A DNA stretch of 64,000 nucleotides from Dinoroseobacter sp. (GTDB lineage: Bacteria > Pseudomonadota > Alphaproteobacteria > Rhodobacterales > Rhodobacteraceae): assembly GCA_034111085.1 (NCBI GenBank), contig JAWUXZ010000034.1, positions 108,169 to 172,168 of the forward strand, in the 5' to 3' direction. Positions 28,501 through 38,346 of this stretch are shown piece by piece. Under the pieces are notes generated by a model that had not been told where the DNA came from, did no database searches, and worked only from the letters and a program-made list of their open reading frames with translations. Position 1 is the first letter of the stretch. Every line of letters starts with the position of its first letter. The translations under genes were made by a program, and so were the position numbers.

Positions 28501-29174
28501 CATTCGGTCTGGTGGGCGCGATTTACGGCCACTTCATATGGGATGTGCCGCTGAGCCTGTTTTCCGTAGTCGGTCTGATCGGGATGACCGGAATTGTCAT
28601 CAACGACTCTATCGTATTGGTCACAACTGTGGACGAATATGCCGAGGACCGAGGGTTGGTGCCTGCGATCATCGATGCCGCGACCGACCGATTCCGGCCC
28701 GTGTTGCTGACAACGTTGACCACAGTGCTTGGCCTCGCGCCGCTGTTGTTTGAGACCTCGCAGCAAGCGCAATTCTTGCGCCCCACAGTGATCACGCTGG
28801 TCTATGGCCTCGCCTTCGGGATGGTGCTCGTGTTGCTCTTGGTGCCCGCATTGCTGGCCATTGGTCAGGACGTCCAGCGCCAAGGCACAGCACTGCGCCG
28901 GGCGCTTAGCTCGCCAAGCCGCTCGGGCGGGATGGGGGCTGCTGTAACTTGTGTTGCGGCCGTGATTGCAGCGCTGTTTGCGGCCACGCTGGGCGCAACC
29001 ATAGTCACCGGCGCGCTACCGCTAACTCTGGCGGGCCTTACACCGGCGCTGGCCGCGTCGAACCCAATGGGGGCCGCGACGCTGATCTTCATTGCAGGCA
29101 GCGCGGTGCTGGTTTTGGCCGCATGGATCGTGCTGGCCAGCGCGATGCTTTGGGCGAAGCGGACAGCGTCCTAA
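25566..29174 (+). CDS. RND efflux permease (AcrB/AcrD/AcrF family), 1202 aa
   Basis: LGIVVDDAIVVGE, GIVINDSIVLV, RFRPVLLTTLTTVLGLAPL. Confidence 0.95.
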   Translation: MFSRAGGLISYFTRHKTAANLVLVLLIVAGASAIPNMRAQFFPDVIIDDVTVSVNWSGAGAEDVDAAIVQILQPALLAVEGVASASATSREGRATIGLEFEPNWDMARAAVDVQTTVDQVGNLPADADTPNVRRGAWRDRVTDVVITGPVGVDQLARFTDEFVARLFLEGVTRATIRGIADPRILIEVTSAALVEHNVTLSEISIAVGAEAESDPAGDVAGANARVRTGIAKRSPEELALVVLRSNPDGSTLTVGDVAGIRSEGIDRQRAYFVGDNPAISVRVDRTDGGDAITLQAQVEDVAAEVQSGLPEGVTIDLIRTRSELITGRLNILLDNALVGLMLVVGLLFLFLNARTAFWVAAGIPVALLGAMALMFAAGLTINMISLFALIITLGIVVDDAIVVGEHADYRARVLKEKPMEAAENAAKRMSMPVFSATLTTIIAFWGLTMIGGRFGDLIADIPFTVIVVLIASLIECFLILPNHMAHALKERQIDSFSRTRVAMAAVPILLIVGGLASLGYHGLVGLDGFSDPTLIVTILSGMAAVAGVFLILPRARKVQVLAAMSRQGFDLPSHVVNKGLDWFRRVIFRPLMAGVIAARYPVFAGLVVVLSSQITLFIQGDVTWRFFNSPEQGSVSGNFAMLPGATRDDTMEVMRAIQATTEELGAQYEAEHGRNPLVYVLAEVGGGTGRALAIADTKTPDQLGSIAIELIDADLRPYSSRDFVAALQEAAGSHPMLETFSFRSWGSGPGGDALDVQITGAEAAILKAAAEALKARMAQFGEVSALEDDLAYDKQELVLDLTPQGAALGFTIDGIGRVLRDRLNGIEAASFPSGVRSATIQVELPESELTADFLDRTQMRSPSGVYVSLADIVTVTSRTGFSTIRRENGLHVVSVTGDISEDDAPRAQEIMEQTRDVILPELESQFGVTTRLSGLAEQENDFLTDALLGFGLCLLGIFLVLAWIFSSWTRPVVVMAIIPFGLVGAIYGHFIWDVPLSLFSVVGLIGMTGIVINDSIVLVTTVDEYAEDRGLVPAIIDAATDRFRPVLLTTLTTVLGLAPLLFETSQQAQFLRPTVITLVYGLAFGMVLVLLLVPALLAIGQDVQRQGTALRRALSSPSRSGGMGAAVTCVAAVIAALFAATLGATIVTGALPLTLAGLTPALAASNPMGAATLIFIAGSAVLVLAAWIVLASAMLWAKRTAS

Positions 29175-29764
29175 GAGCCGTCCATCAACGCCTTGATAAT
29201 CGCCTGCGCGCTATCGGTGTCCCAAAAGGCGTCGCCGCGCAGACGGGCGATCTCTTTGCCCTCGGGGTTCAGAATCACCGTGATCGGCAAACCCGCAACG
29301 GCCATCCCACTCGAGAGCGCCATATCTGGGTCGCGGTATTTTGGCAGGCCTTCGATGCCTTCTTCGGCAAAGAACCGATCAATCGCTTCAGGCGGATTGC
29401 GGCCCGATGCGACGGTCACGACGCGGAAATCGTCGCTGCCCATCTGCGCCTGCAAATTCGCCAGTGACGGCATTTCCTTGCGGCACGGAGCGCACCATGT
29501 GGCCCAGAAGTTCAGCACGACATGGCCGCCCTCAAGATCCGCGAGTGTCATCTCGCCGCCATTCTCGTCCAGAAACACGGCGTCCGTCGTTGCTTGCGGC
29601 ACCGAATGGAACATCAGCTTGCGCATCTGGTCCGTGCGCAGGGCTTCCACCGCGCTCCAGTCCATTGCCACGCCCTCAGGGGTGGCGTCACGCTCGGACG
29701 ACCAGTATAACCCAGCCGCGACAATCCCAACGCCCAAAGCCACAACGCCAATCCATTTGGTCAT
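29171..29764 (-). CDS. tlpA: TlpA-family membrane-anchored thiol:disulfide reductase
   Basis: [19 protein letters not shown]; N-terminal TM; divergent from argH. Confidence 0.9.
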   Translation of the reverse strand: MTKWIGVVALGVGIVAAGLYWSSERDATPEGVAMDWSAVEALRTDQMRKLMFHSVPQATTDAVFLDENGGEMTLADLEGGHVVLNFWATWCAPCRKEMPSLANLQAQMGSDDFRVVTVASGRNPPEAIDRFFAEEGIEGLPKYRDPDMALSSGMAVAGLPITVILNPEGKEIARLRGDAFWDTDSAQAIIKALMDGS

Positions 29765-29794
29765 CTGAATTCTTCCTCTTCCCGAAAGGCTTTC

Positions 29795-31198
29795 ATGTCT
29801 GACGCCCTCGATACATCCAAAGCCAACACCATGTGGGGTGGCCGTTTCGCCGCCGGTCCCGATGCCATTATGGAAGCAATTAACGCTTCCATCGGGTTCG
29901 ACAAGCGCCTTGCACGCCAAGATATCGAAGGCTCACGCGCGCATGCCGCGATGCTTGCCGGGCAAGGTATCATTACGGATAAGGATGCCGAGGCGATCCG
30001 GGAAGGCCTTCTCACGGTCTTGTCAGAGATCGAGGGCGGATCGTTTCAGTTTTCTACCGCTTTGGAAGACATCCACATGAACGTCGAGGCGCGTTTGAAA
30101 GAAGTTGTGGGCGAACCGGCAGGTCGCTTGCACACCGCGCGCTCGCGCAATGACCAGGTGGCAACTGATTTCCGCCTGTGGGTGCGTGACCAATGCGACG
30201 CCGCCGTGGAAGGACTGGGGGCGTTGCAAAAAGCGCTGCTGGCCCAAGCCGAGGCGGGCGCCGAATGGGTCATGCCCGGCTTTACCCATCTGCAAACCGC
30301 CCAGCCTGTCACATGGGGGCATCACATGATGGCCTACGTAGAGATGTTCGGACGCGACCGCTCGCGCTTTGCCGATGCCCGCGTGCGAATGAACGAGTCG
30401 CCTTTGGGTGCTGCGGCTTTGGCAGGCACGAGCTTTCCGATTGACCGTGAACAGACCGCCGCCGCCCTTGGCTTCGATCGCCCGATGGCAAATTCGCTGG
30501 ACGCCGTGTCGGACCGAGACTTCGCGCTCGAGTTTCTGTCCTCGGCCACGATCTGCGCCATGCACCTGTCGCGCTTCGCCGAGGAGCTGGTGATTTGGTC
30601 CTCGGCCCAGTTCCGGTTTGTAGCGTTGTCAGATCGCTTCTCTACTGGTTCGTCGATCATGCCGCAGAAGAAAAACCCTGATGCGGCTGAGCTTATCCGC
30701 GCCAAGATCGGGCGGATACTCGGGGCGAATGTGGCGCTGCTGACTGTGATGAAGGGGCTGCCCTTAGCTTACTCCAAGGACATGCAGGAAGACAAAGAAC
30801 AGGTGTTTGATGCGGCCGATACATTGATGCTGGCGCTGGCGGCGATGACCGGAATGATCAGCGATATGACCGCGAACCGCGCTAGCCTTGAGGTCGCAGC
30901 TGCCTCTGGGTTTTCCACCGCGACCGATTTGGCCGACTGGCTTGTGCGCACGCTCGACATGCCATTTCGTGATGCGCATCACGTGACCGGCAGCCTTGTT
31001 GCGTTGGCCGAAAGCAAGGGCTGCGATCTACCGGACCTGAGCCTTGCGGACATGCAATCGGTCCACGCACAGATCACCGACGCGGTGTTTGACGTGCTCG
31101 GCGTGCATAATTCCGTGGCCAGCCGCACGTCTTACGGCGGCACAGCTCCGGTGCAAGTGCGCGCCCAGATCGAGCGCTGGAAGGAGCAGTTGGCATGA
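29795..31198 (+). CDS. argH: Argininosuccinate lyase
   Basis: [34 protein letters not shown]. Confidence 0.98.
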   Translation: MSDALDTSKANTMWGGRFAAGPDAIMEAINASIGFDKRLARQDIEGSRAHAAMLAGQGIITDKDAEAIREGLLTVLSEIEGGSFQFSTALEDIHMNVEARLKEVVGEPAGRLHTARSRNDQVATDFRLWVRDQCDAAVEGLGALQKALLAQAEAGAEWVMPGFTHLQTAQPVTWGHHMMAYVEMFGRDRSRFADARVRMNESPLGAAALAGTSFPIDREQTAAALGFDRPMANSLDAVSDRDFALEFLSSATICAMHLSRFAEELVIWSSAQFRFVALSDRFSTGSSIMPQKKNPDAAELIRAKIGRILGANVALLTVMKGLPLAYSKDMQEDKEQVFDAADTLMLALAAMTGMISDMTANRASLEVAAASGFSTATDLADWLVRTLDMPFRDAHHVTGSLVALAESKGCDLPDLSLADMQSVHAQITDAVFDVLGVHNSVASRTSYGGTAPVQVRAQIERWKEQLA

Positions 31199-31344
31199 TC
31201 CGTCTCGCAATTTTATCGCTGTTGGTGCTTGCTGCCTGCAACGGCCCCCCGCGCCTGAGCGCAGATATCGACGTGTCTGAGCAAACATTGCGCCCGCGCG
31301 CCAGCTTCAACCTTGGCGGCATAGGAGTTAATCTTTCCCCATGA
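31195..31344 (+). CDS. Small lipoprotein 1 (49 aa; not in the ORF track)
   Basis: ATGA overlap with argH stop, AAGGAG upstream; [49 protein letters not shown]; lipobox LAAC. Confidence 0.7.
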   Translation: MIRLAILSLLVLAACNGPPRLSADIDVSEQTLRPRASFNLGGIGVNLSP

Positions 31345-31457
31345 CCCGTATCCTTGCCTGTCTTTGCCTTGCCGCCGCCCTAGGTGCTTGCGGAGTTGAC
31401 GGTGCGCCGATTGCGCCCGACCGCGATATTCCCACTGGCCTGTTCCGAGGTGACTAA
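31341..31457 (+). CDS. Small lipoprotein 2 (38 aa; LptM/YifL-like position; not in the ORF track)
   Basis: ATGA overlap with previous stop; [38 protein letters not shown]; lipobox LGAC; stop abuts the next ATG. Confidence 0.7.
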   Translation: MTRILACLCLAAALGACGVDGAPIAPDRDIPTGLFRGD

Positions 31458-31784
31458 ATGACCCCGCTTCGCATGACCTTTCTCGCGCTCGCCATCTGGG
31501 GTGCTGTCCATCCGATGTTTTATTTCATCCTGTGGTTTCAGGAAAACGGCTGGTCGATCATGGCGATGGTCGATGCGTGGCACGTCAATAATGCGACCTC
31601 TGGCCTCGTCTGGGATCTGACGATTGCCGCTGTCACGCTTACGGTGTTCATCATTGCTGAAGTATTCTCGCGCAAGATTTGGATTGGGCTGATTGCTATT
31701 CCAGCGACCTTCTGCATCGGTGTTAGCTGCGGTTTGCCGCTTTACCTGTTTTTGCGATCCGCGCCCTCTGCGCAGCGCGACTGA
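31458..31784 (+). CDS. DUF2834-like small membrane protein
   Basis: Three TM segments; WDLTIAA, GVSCGLPLYLFLR. Confidence 0.8.
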   Translation: MTPLRMTFLALAIWGAVHPMFYFILWFQENGWSIMAMVDAWHVNNATSGLVWDLTIAAVTLTVFIIAEVFSRKIWIGLIAIPATFCIGVSCGLPLYLFLRSAPSAQRD

Positions 31785-31805
31785 CATATATAGAGCACGA
31801 AAAAC

Positions 31806-33071
31806 ATGGACCATTTCCTCTACCGCGACGGCGCGCTGTATGCCGAAGACGTGCCTGTGGCCGAGATTGCCGCTAGCGTTGGCTCGCCCTTCTACGTCTA
31901 CTCGACCGCGACCCTGACGCGCCACTTTCAGTTGTTCCATGACGCACTTGCCTGGACCGATCACACGATCTGCTTTGCGATGAAATCCAACAGCAACCAA
32001 GCGGTGCTCAAGCTGCTCGGTGATCTGGGTGCAGGCATGGACGTGGTCTCAGGCGGTGAATATGCGCGGGCCAAGGCGGCAGGGGTTCCGGGCGAACGGA
32101 TCGTGTTTTCCGGTGTTGGCAAAACTCGCGACGAGATGCGCTTGGCGCTGACCGGCGGCGTGCGCCAGTTCAACGTCGAAAGCGAGCCTGAGATGGAGGT
32201 TTTGTCCGAGGTCGCGGTCTCGCTCGGCCTTGTGGCCCCGATTACAGTGCGCGTGAACCCAGATGTGGACGCGCGCACGCATGCGAAGATCTCGACCGGC
32301 AAGAAGGGCGATAAGTTCGGCATTCCGATCAGCCGCGCGTCCGAGGTTTATGCGCGCGCCGCTGCTTTGCCGGGCATCAAGGTGATCGGTATCGATGTGC
32401 ATATCGGCAGTCAGTTGACTGAGCTGGAACCATTTGAGCAGGCCTATCTGAAAGTCGCCGACCTGACACGCCAACTGCGCAGTGAAGGCCATGAGATCAG
32501 CCGCCTCGATCTGGGCGGCGGTCTTGGTATTCCCTATGCACGCTCCAACGAGGCCCCGCCTTTGCCGACCGAATACGGCGAGTTAATCCGGCGCACCGTT
32601 GGTGATCTGGACTGCGAGATCGAGATTGAACCGGGCCGTCTAATTTCAGGCAATGCCGGGATCATGGTCGCGGGCGTTATTTACGTAAAGGATGGCGACG
32701 GCACCAATTTCCTGATCCTCGATGGGGCCATGAACGACCTGATCCGCCCCGCGATGTACGGCGCATGGCACGACATCATTCCGGTGATCGAGGCAGCACC
32801 GGGCGTTGAACAGGCGCTTTACGACATCGTCGGCCCGGTTTGCGAATCGGGCGACACCTTCGCCAAAGGCCGCCCGATGCCGCCGCTGAGCGCCGGAGAC
32901 CTCGTCGCGTTCCGTTCTGCGGGCGCATATGGCGCTGTGATGGCGAGCGAATACAACACGCGGCCCCTGATCCCCGAGGTTTTGGTCCATGGCGATCAAT
33001 TCGCTGTCATTCGGGCGCGTCCAACCTTTGACGAAATCATTGCGCGAGATACCATTCCAGAATGGCTATAG
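31806..33071 (+). CDS. lysA: Diaminopimelate decarboxylase
   Basis: FAMKSNSN (PLP lysine), HIGSQ, DLGGGLG, EPGR, GPVCESGD. Confidence 0.97.
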   Translation: MDHFLYRDGALYAEDVPVAEIAASVGSPFYVYSTATLTRHFQLFHDALAWTDHTICFAMKSNSNQAVLKLLGDLGAGMDVVSGGEYARAKAAGVPGERIVFSGVGKTRDEMRLALTGGVRQFNVESEPEMEVLSEVAVSLGLVAPITVRVNPDVDARTHAKISTGKKGDKFGIPISRASEVYARAAALPGIKVIGIDVHIGSQLTELEPFEQAYLKVADLTRQLRSEGHEISRLDLGGGLGIPYARSNEAPPLPTEYGELIRRTVGDLDCEIEIEPGRLISGNAGIMVAGVIYVKDGDGTNFLILDGAMNDLIRPAMYGAWHDIIPVIEAAPGVEQALYDIVGPVCESGDTFAKGRPMPPLSAGDLVAFRSAGAYGAVMASEYNTRPLIPEVLVHGDQFAVIRARPTFDEIIARDTIPEWL

Positions 33072-33099
33072 GGCGGTGCGCCGCCGGACCGGAGTGTGA

Positions 33100-35694
33100 A
33101 TGACCGACCTCAGCCCTGATCCCGAGACCGAAGCCGCGCGCGCAGCGTTGGCCCGACCCTTGGGTTGGACGCGCCTTGGCATGGCAGCAGAACGTGCGGC
33201 ACGTGTGTTCTGGCCAGCGTGGGTTATTGTCGGGTTCGGGCTGACGCTCTGGGCGTTTGGGGCGCTTAGTTCGTTCGTTTATCTCGGTATTCTGGCGGTT
33301 GGCTTGACCATCGCCGTCATCTGGGGCCTCTGGCGGTTTCGCTGGCCCTCCAAAATGCAAGCCGCCGCGCGCCTTGACCTCGCAACGCCCGGTCGCCCGG
33401 TCCAGACCCTCGATGACACGCTTGCGATTGGCGACGCTGATCCCGCCGCTCAAGCGGTGTGGCGCGCCCACCTCAAGCGGATCGCGGCGTTGGCGCGCAA
33501 AGCCAAGCCCGTCGCACCTGACCTCAATCTCTCGTCGCGTGATCCGTTCGCATTGCGCTATGTAGCGGCAACGGGTGTGCTGCTTGCGTTGGTGTTCGGC
33601 ACTTGGCAAGGGCGCAGTGGCGAAGGCGGACTTGGTGGGCCGGCACAAGCGCTTGCGACCGGTCCCGCTTGGGAAGGCTGGGCCGAGCCGCCTGCCTATA
33701 CCGGGCGTCCTAGCCTCTATCTGAACGAGCTAAACGCCGCCGTCGCCGTGCCCGAAGGCAGCCGTCTGACCTTGCGCCTGTATGGCCCTGAAGACAGCCT
33801 AACTGTGACGCAGACCGTTACCGATACTGCACCCGCTGACAGCAGCGATCCGGTGCAGGAATTGCGCGTGGACCGCTCCGGTGATCTGGCGATCGACGGG
33901 CAAAGCGGGCGCGCTTGGTCTATCATGATGGACGCCGACCGTGCGCCTGAGATCGTTATCGACGGACCGCTTAGCCGTGTCGCAGGTGGCGAGATGCGCT
34001 TGCCGTTCAACGCGCGCGACGACTTCGCTGTGATCGGCGGGACTGCGCGGATCGAACTGGACCTCGCCGTTGTCGACCGCCGCTACGGACTTGGTCCCAA
34101 TCCGCAGCCACGCCAAGACATTACCTTCCCGATCCCGCTGACGCTGACCGGAGATCGCTCTGAATTCACCGAGGTGCTGGCCGAAGATTTCTCGCTGCAT
34201 CCATGGGCAAATTTGCCTGTGCGGATATCGCTCAGCGCCGAAGATGATCTTGGCCAGATCGGGCTGTCTTTGCCGTTCAATATGGTTCTGCCGGGGCGGC
34301 GCTTTTTCAATCCGATTGCGTCTGCGATCATCGAACAGCGCCGCGATCTGCTGTGGACCACCACCAACGGTGACCGCGTTGATATGATCTTGCGCGCGAT
34401 CACGAATCTACCCGAAGACACCTTTACCAACGAGACGGCCTATCTGTTGCTGACAACCTCCATGCAGCGTCTCCAAGGCGCGCTGGACGAAGGCAGCCTG
34501 TCGCCTGAAGCGCGCGACGAGGTGGCGGATTTGCTTTGGGAAGCAGCACTTCAGTTTGAAGAAGGCAACCTCGCCGACGCTGCCGAGCGCCTGCGCCGTG
34601 CGCAAGAAATGCTCAACGAGGCGATGCGGCGCGGTGCGTCGGACGACGAGATTTCCGAGTTGATGCAAGAATTGCGCGGGGCGATGGATGACTACATGCG
34701 CCAACTCGCCGAGCAGCAGCGCGAAAGCGGCGAGCAGATGGCCGAATCCGATCCGAACGCCCAGACCATGAGCGAAGATCAGTTGCAGCAGATGCTCGAC
34801 CAGATCGAAGAGCTGATGCAGCAAGGCCGGATGGATGAGGCGCAAGCGCTGCTCGACCAGCTGATGGAGATGATGGAAAACATGCAGGTCGCTGAGGGCC
34901 AGCAAGGTCAACAAGGCGATAACCCGGGCGAGCAAGCCATGGAGGATTTGCAAGAGACGCTGCGCGAGCAACAAGATCTTGCTGACGAGTCGTTCCAAGA
35001 TTTGCAGCAGGGCCAGCAGCAAGGCCAGCAAGGTCAAGAACAAGGCGAGCAGGGTCAGCAACCGGGTCAGCAAGGCCAGCAGGGACAAGAGCCGGGCCAA
35101 CAGGGTCAGCAGGGCCAGTCTGGACAAGACAGTCAACAACAACCCGGCCAAGGCCAGCCGGGGCAGGGCGATCAACCCGGTCAGCCCTCCGCCGAATCCC
35201 TAGCCGAACGCCAACTCGCGCTGCGCGGTCTTCTTGAAAGCCAGCGCCGCAATCTTCCAGGGGCCGGCACGCAAGCAGGCGATGCAGCTCGCGACGCCTT
35301 AGGCCGTGCTGGCGAGGCGATGGATGACGCCGCGGACGCGCTGGAACTGGGCGAGTTGGGTGACGCGCTCGATGACCAATCGCGCGCAATCGACGCGCTG
35401 CGCGAGGGGATGCAAAGCCTCGGCGAGATGATGGCGCAAGAACAAGAGGGCCAGCAACCCGGCCAAGGTCAGGCGCGCGCGGGCGAAACTCCTGAAGGCG
35501 ACCGCGATCCGTTAGGGCGCGAGGCCGGCAATTTCGGACGCCTTGGGACCGAGGATTCGCTGCTTGGGGGCGAGGATCAACAGCGCCGGGCGCAAGACTT
35601 GCTGGACGAGATCCGCCGCCGTGCAGGCGAGCGCACGCGCCCCGAGGCCGAGCGTGATTACCTCAATCGTTTGCTCGACCGGTTTAACGATTGA
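33100..35694 (+). CDS. TIGR02302/DUF4175 family membrane protein
   Basis: N-terminal TMs, W..PP.YTG.P, coiled-coil and Gln-rich C-terminus, RDPLGR, ERDYLNRLL. Confidence 0.9.
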   Translation: MTDLSPDPETEAARAALARPLGWTRLGMAAERAARVFWPAWVIVGFGLTLWAFGALSSFVYLGILAVGLTIAVIWGLWRFRWPSKMQAAARLDLATPGRPVQTLDDTLAIGDADPAAQAVWRAHLKRIAALARKAKPVAPDLNLSSRDPFALRYVAATGVLLALVFGTWQGRSGEGGLGGPAQALATGPAWEGWAEPPAYTGRPSLYLNELNAAVAVPEGSRLTLRLYGPEDSLTVTQTVTDTAPADSSDPVQELRVDRSGDLAIDGQSGRAWSIMMDADRAPEIVIDGPLSRVAGGEMRLPFNARDDFAVIGGTARIELDLAVVDRRYGLGPNPQPRQDITFPIPLTLTGDRSEFTEVLAEDFSLHPWANLPVRISLSAEDDLGQIGLSLPFNMVLPGRRFFNPIASAIIEQRRDLLWTTTNGDRVDMILRAITNLPEDTFTNETAYLLLTTSMQRLQGALDEGSLSPEARDEVADLLWEAALQFEEGNLADAAERLRRAQEMLNEAMRRGASDDEISELMQELRGAMDDYMRQLAEQQRESGEQMAESDPNAQTMSEDQLQQMLDQIEELMQQGRMDEAQALLDQLMEMMENMQVAEGQQGQQGDNPGEQAMEDLQETLREQQDLADESFQDLQQGQQQGQQGQEQGEQGQQPGQQGQQGQEPGQQGQQGQSGQDSQQQPGQGQPGQGDQPGQPSAESLAERQLALRGLLESQRRNLPGAGTQAGDAARDALGRAGEAMDDAADALELGELGDALDDQSRAIDALREGMQSLGEMMAQEQEGQQPGQGQARAGETPEGDRDPLGREAGNFGRLGTEDSLLGGEDQQRRAQDLLDEIRRRAGERTRPEAERDYLNRLLDRFND
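35005..35188 (+). repeat. Gln/Gly-rich low-complexity coding repeat (QQG/QGQ/QPG units)
   Basis: Degenerate 9-nt CAG/CAA-GGC/GGT repeats encoding QQGQQQGQQGQEQGEQGQQPGQQ... Confidence 0.8.
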
Positions 35695-35725
35695 AGCGTT
35701 TCGGGGCTATCTCGAAACGATCAAG

Positions 35726-36622
35726 TTAGCTGTTGTTGGCAACCAACTGAGTGATTTGCTCTGACAAGCCGCGAATGGTCGTGTCCAGCCAGCCTCGCGC
35801 ACTGTTCACCTCGGTGGTGAACGCCGTCAGGTAAGGCTCAGCTTGCGGGAAGCGTTCCGAGATTTCAGGCGCGAACACATATCCGAAAATCCCAGCGGCC
35901 GCGATCAACAGCATCAGGCTGAATCCCAGCCGGAAGCCTTGGCCGCGACGCACCTTCTTCAACCGCTGCTCAACCTCCACATAGGCCGGGACGGATGTCT
36001 TGCGGTCGGTCGAGGCGCGCAAACTTGAATTAATCTGTTCGATATCGGGCAGCATTTCGCTGCGTGCGCCGCCATCTCTGCTGACACGGCGCGGCCCGAT
36101 TGTACCCGAGGGCACCAAATCTTCGTCCGGCAGATCACGTGGGTCGGTTGGCGTACGGCGCGATTGGCGCGGGGCGGCTCCGGCCAAAGCCAGCTCTTCT
36201 TGCGATTCCATCGGCTCACCCCGGCGGGCGCGCGCGTCATGGGCAGCCTCTTCGCGCAGGACGCGCAGGACATCTGGGTCAATCTCGCGGCGCTGCGGGA
36301 TCGTGGCAAGCGGTGGCTCCTCAGGAAGTTCGGCAGGGGTTTCGCTGCCACGTGAGGCGCGCTGGGCGGCAACACGCGACCGCCGTGCAGGCGTCTGGGC
36401 CGTGTCATCAGCGCGGTGGATGTTGATCTCAGGCTGCGCACGCTGCGGGCGGCGCGGTTTTGGCGCTTGTCCGGTCGCTGTGGCGGTGGCTTTTGCTTGG
36501 TCGGGATGCGGCTCAAACCACGCGTTAGCGCAGTTGGAACACTGCACATCACGCCCGTTCGGGGGGATGACGCTGACATCCACCTCGTATTCCGCGCTGC
36601 AATTTGGACAGATCAACCGCAT
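35726..36622 (-). CDS. MJ0042-type zinc-ribbon domain membrane protein
   Basis: MRLICPNC...GRDVQCSNC..W; disordered middle; C-terminal TM. Confidence 0.88.
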   Translation of the reverse strand: MRLICPNCSAEYEVDVSVIPPNGRDVQCSNCANAWFEPHPDQAKATATATGQAPKPRRPQRAQPEINIHRADDTAQTPARRSRVAAQRASRGSETPAELPEEPPLATIPQRREIDPDVLRVLREEAAHDARARRGEPMESQEELALAGAAPRQSRRTPTDPRDLPDEDLVPSGTIGPRRVSRDGGARSEMLPDIEQINSSLRASTDRKTSVPAYVEVEQRLKKVRRGQGFRLGFSLMLLIAAAGIFGYVFAPEISERFPQAEPYLTAFTTEVNSARGWLDTTIRGLSEQITQLVANNS

Positions 36623-36778
36623 TCTCGCCCCCTTGGTCGGTACATGCCGACGCAATCACGCCTTCTACCTAGCAACGCGCCAAGCGCATTCCAAGCCTGC
36701 TGCACACGGCGTGCCGATTGCAACGCGCTCCAAGCGCCGATAACAGAGGCAAACAGGTCGCTGAGGGGTCAATCGCGC

Positions 36779-37453
36779 GTGATCGAGTTAGACAACGTCG
36801 CCTATAGCTACGGCAACGGCTCTGCGCTGTTGGCGGATGTATCGCTGAAACTGGCACCCGGCTCGTTTCACTTCCTGACCGGACCATCCGGTGCGGGCAA
36901 GACGACGTTTCTGAAGCTGTGTTATCTGGAATTACAGCCGAGCTTGGGCCATGTGCAGGTGTTCGGCGTCGATGCGGCGCAGCTGACCCGCAATGCTGTC
37001 GCGTCGCTGCGCCTGAAGATCGGCGTCGTGCATCAAGATTGCCAGTTTCTCGACCATCTGAGTGTTGCCGAAAACATCGCCTTGCCGTTGACGGTTTCAG
37101 GCCGTCCGGTGTCCAAACCGGATCTCGATGATCTTCTCGGCTGGGTCGGTTTGCGCCATCAGGCCAGCCAAATGCCGCCTGAGCTATCGGGAGGCGAGCG
37201 TCAACGCGCTGCTCTCGCGCGTGCCGTTATGACCGCGCCTGATATTATTCTGGCCGACGAGCCAACGGGTAATGTCGATTGGGAGATGTCGCTGCGCCTG
37301 TTGTCGCTGTTGGTGGAGTTGAACAAGATGGGCAAAACCGTCCTGATCGCGACCCATGATCTATCGCTGATCCGCGCGGCCAAAAGCCAAGTCGCCACGC
37401 GCGTTTTGCGCATATCCGGTGGGCGGTTGACGCTTGCGGGGGCAGATTTGTGA
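36779..37453 (+). CDS. ftsE: Cell division ATP-binding protein FtsE
   Basis: GPSGAGKT, LSGGERQR, LADEPTGNVD, ATHD; precedes ftsX; GTG start. Confidence 0.93.
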   Translation: MIELDNVAYSYGNGSALLADVSLKLAPGSFHFLTGPSGAGKTTFLKLCYLELQPSLGHVQVFGVDAAQLTRNAVASLRLKIGVVHQDCQFLDHLSVAENIALPLTVSGRPVSKPDLDDLLGWVGLRHQASQMPPELSGGERQRAALARAVMTAPDIILADEPTGNVDWEMSLRLLSLLVELNKMGKTVLIATHDLSLIRAAKSQVATRVLRISGGRLTLAGADL

Positions 37454-38346
37454 AGCTGTCCGCGCTGCTTTTATTGGCCACTGACCGCCAAGCCGACCGT
37501 ATTGTGCCGCCAACGGGTTATACCGCGCGCCTGACGCTGTTCACGGCTGCGGCGATGGCCTTCCTGGCGATCTTCGCCATTGCGCTGTCGCTGGCAACTT
37601 CGCGCGTGGCCTCGCAGTGGTCGGATGCACTCGCGCGCTCATCTACCATCCGCATTTCTGCGCCTGCCCCGCAGATGAACGCCCAGATCGCGGCGGTGGA
37701 GCGCGTCTTGCAAACCACTCCCGGCATTGCAGATTTTCGTGTACTCAGCCGCGACGAACAGGCCGCCTTACTAGAGCCATGGCTCGGTGCAGGCATTCCG
37801 ATTGAATCGCTTCCCGTGCCTGCCTTGATCGAGGTGGTCGAGGATGAGGACGGTTTTGCCGCCGAAGGTTTGCGGTTGCGCCTGAGGGCAGAAGCTCCCG
37901 GTGCGGTGCTCGACGACCACACCCGTTGGCGTCAACCGCTGGTCGAGGCGGCGCGCGGTTTGCGTGTGCTAGGCCTGCTGTCGCTGTTGCTGATCGCGGG
38001 GGCCACTGGAGCAATGATAACACTTGCCGCCCAAGCAGCCCTCGCCGCCAACCGCCAGGTTATCCAAGTGCTGCGCCTCGTCGGTGCGCGCGACACTTAT
38101 ATTGCAGGTGCTTTTATGCGCCGCTTCACCAATCGCGCGGCCCTCGGGGCGACGGTGGGGTCCATGGCGGGCGTTATCGCGATCACGCTTCTGCCCGGCA
38201 CCAACACGGCCGAAAGCTTCCTGACCGATTTAGGGTTCCAAGGGGCAGGCTGGCTGACGCCGCTTCTCGTGCCGCCAGCGGTTGCGGCCCTCGCGCTTCT
38301 GGCCACGCGGGCCGCTGCTGAGCGCGTTTTGAAAGGACTGTCATGA
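37450..38346 (+). CDS. ftsX: Cell division permease FtsX
   Basis: 4-TM layout, LLEPWLG, LRLVGARD.YI. Confidence 0.9.
   Translation: MKLSALLLLATDRQADRIVPPTGYTARLTLFTAAAMAFLAIFAIALSLATSRVASQWSDALARSSTIRISAPAPQMNAQIAAVERVLQTTPGIADFRVLSRDEQAALLEPWLGAGIPIESLPVPALIEVVEDEDGFAAEGLRLRLRAEAPGAVLDDHTRWRQPLVEAARGLRVLGLLSLLLIAGATGAMITLAAQAALAANRQVIQVLRLVGARDTYIAGAFMRRFTNRAALGATVGSMAGVIAITLLPGTNTAESFLTDLGFQGAGWLTPLLVPPAVAALALLATRAAAERVLKGLS

Noticed and set aside
34408-35175. Leu-rich antisense ORF resembling a membrane protein
   Set aside because: Simply the reverse complement of the CAG/CAA Gln repeat in the DUF4175 gene
35005-35188. Short repeats as a possible CRISPR or VNTR element
   Set aside because: In-frame, degenerate, no spacers; explained by low-complexity protein sequence
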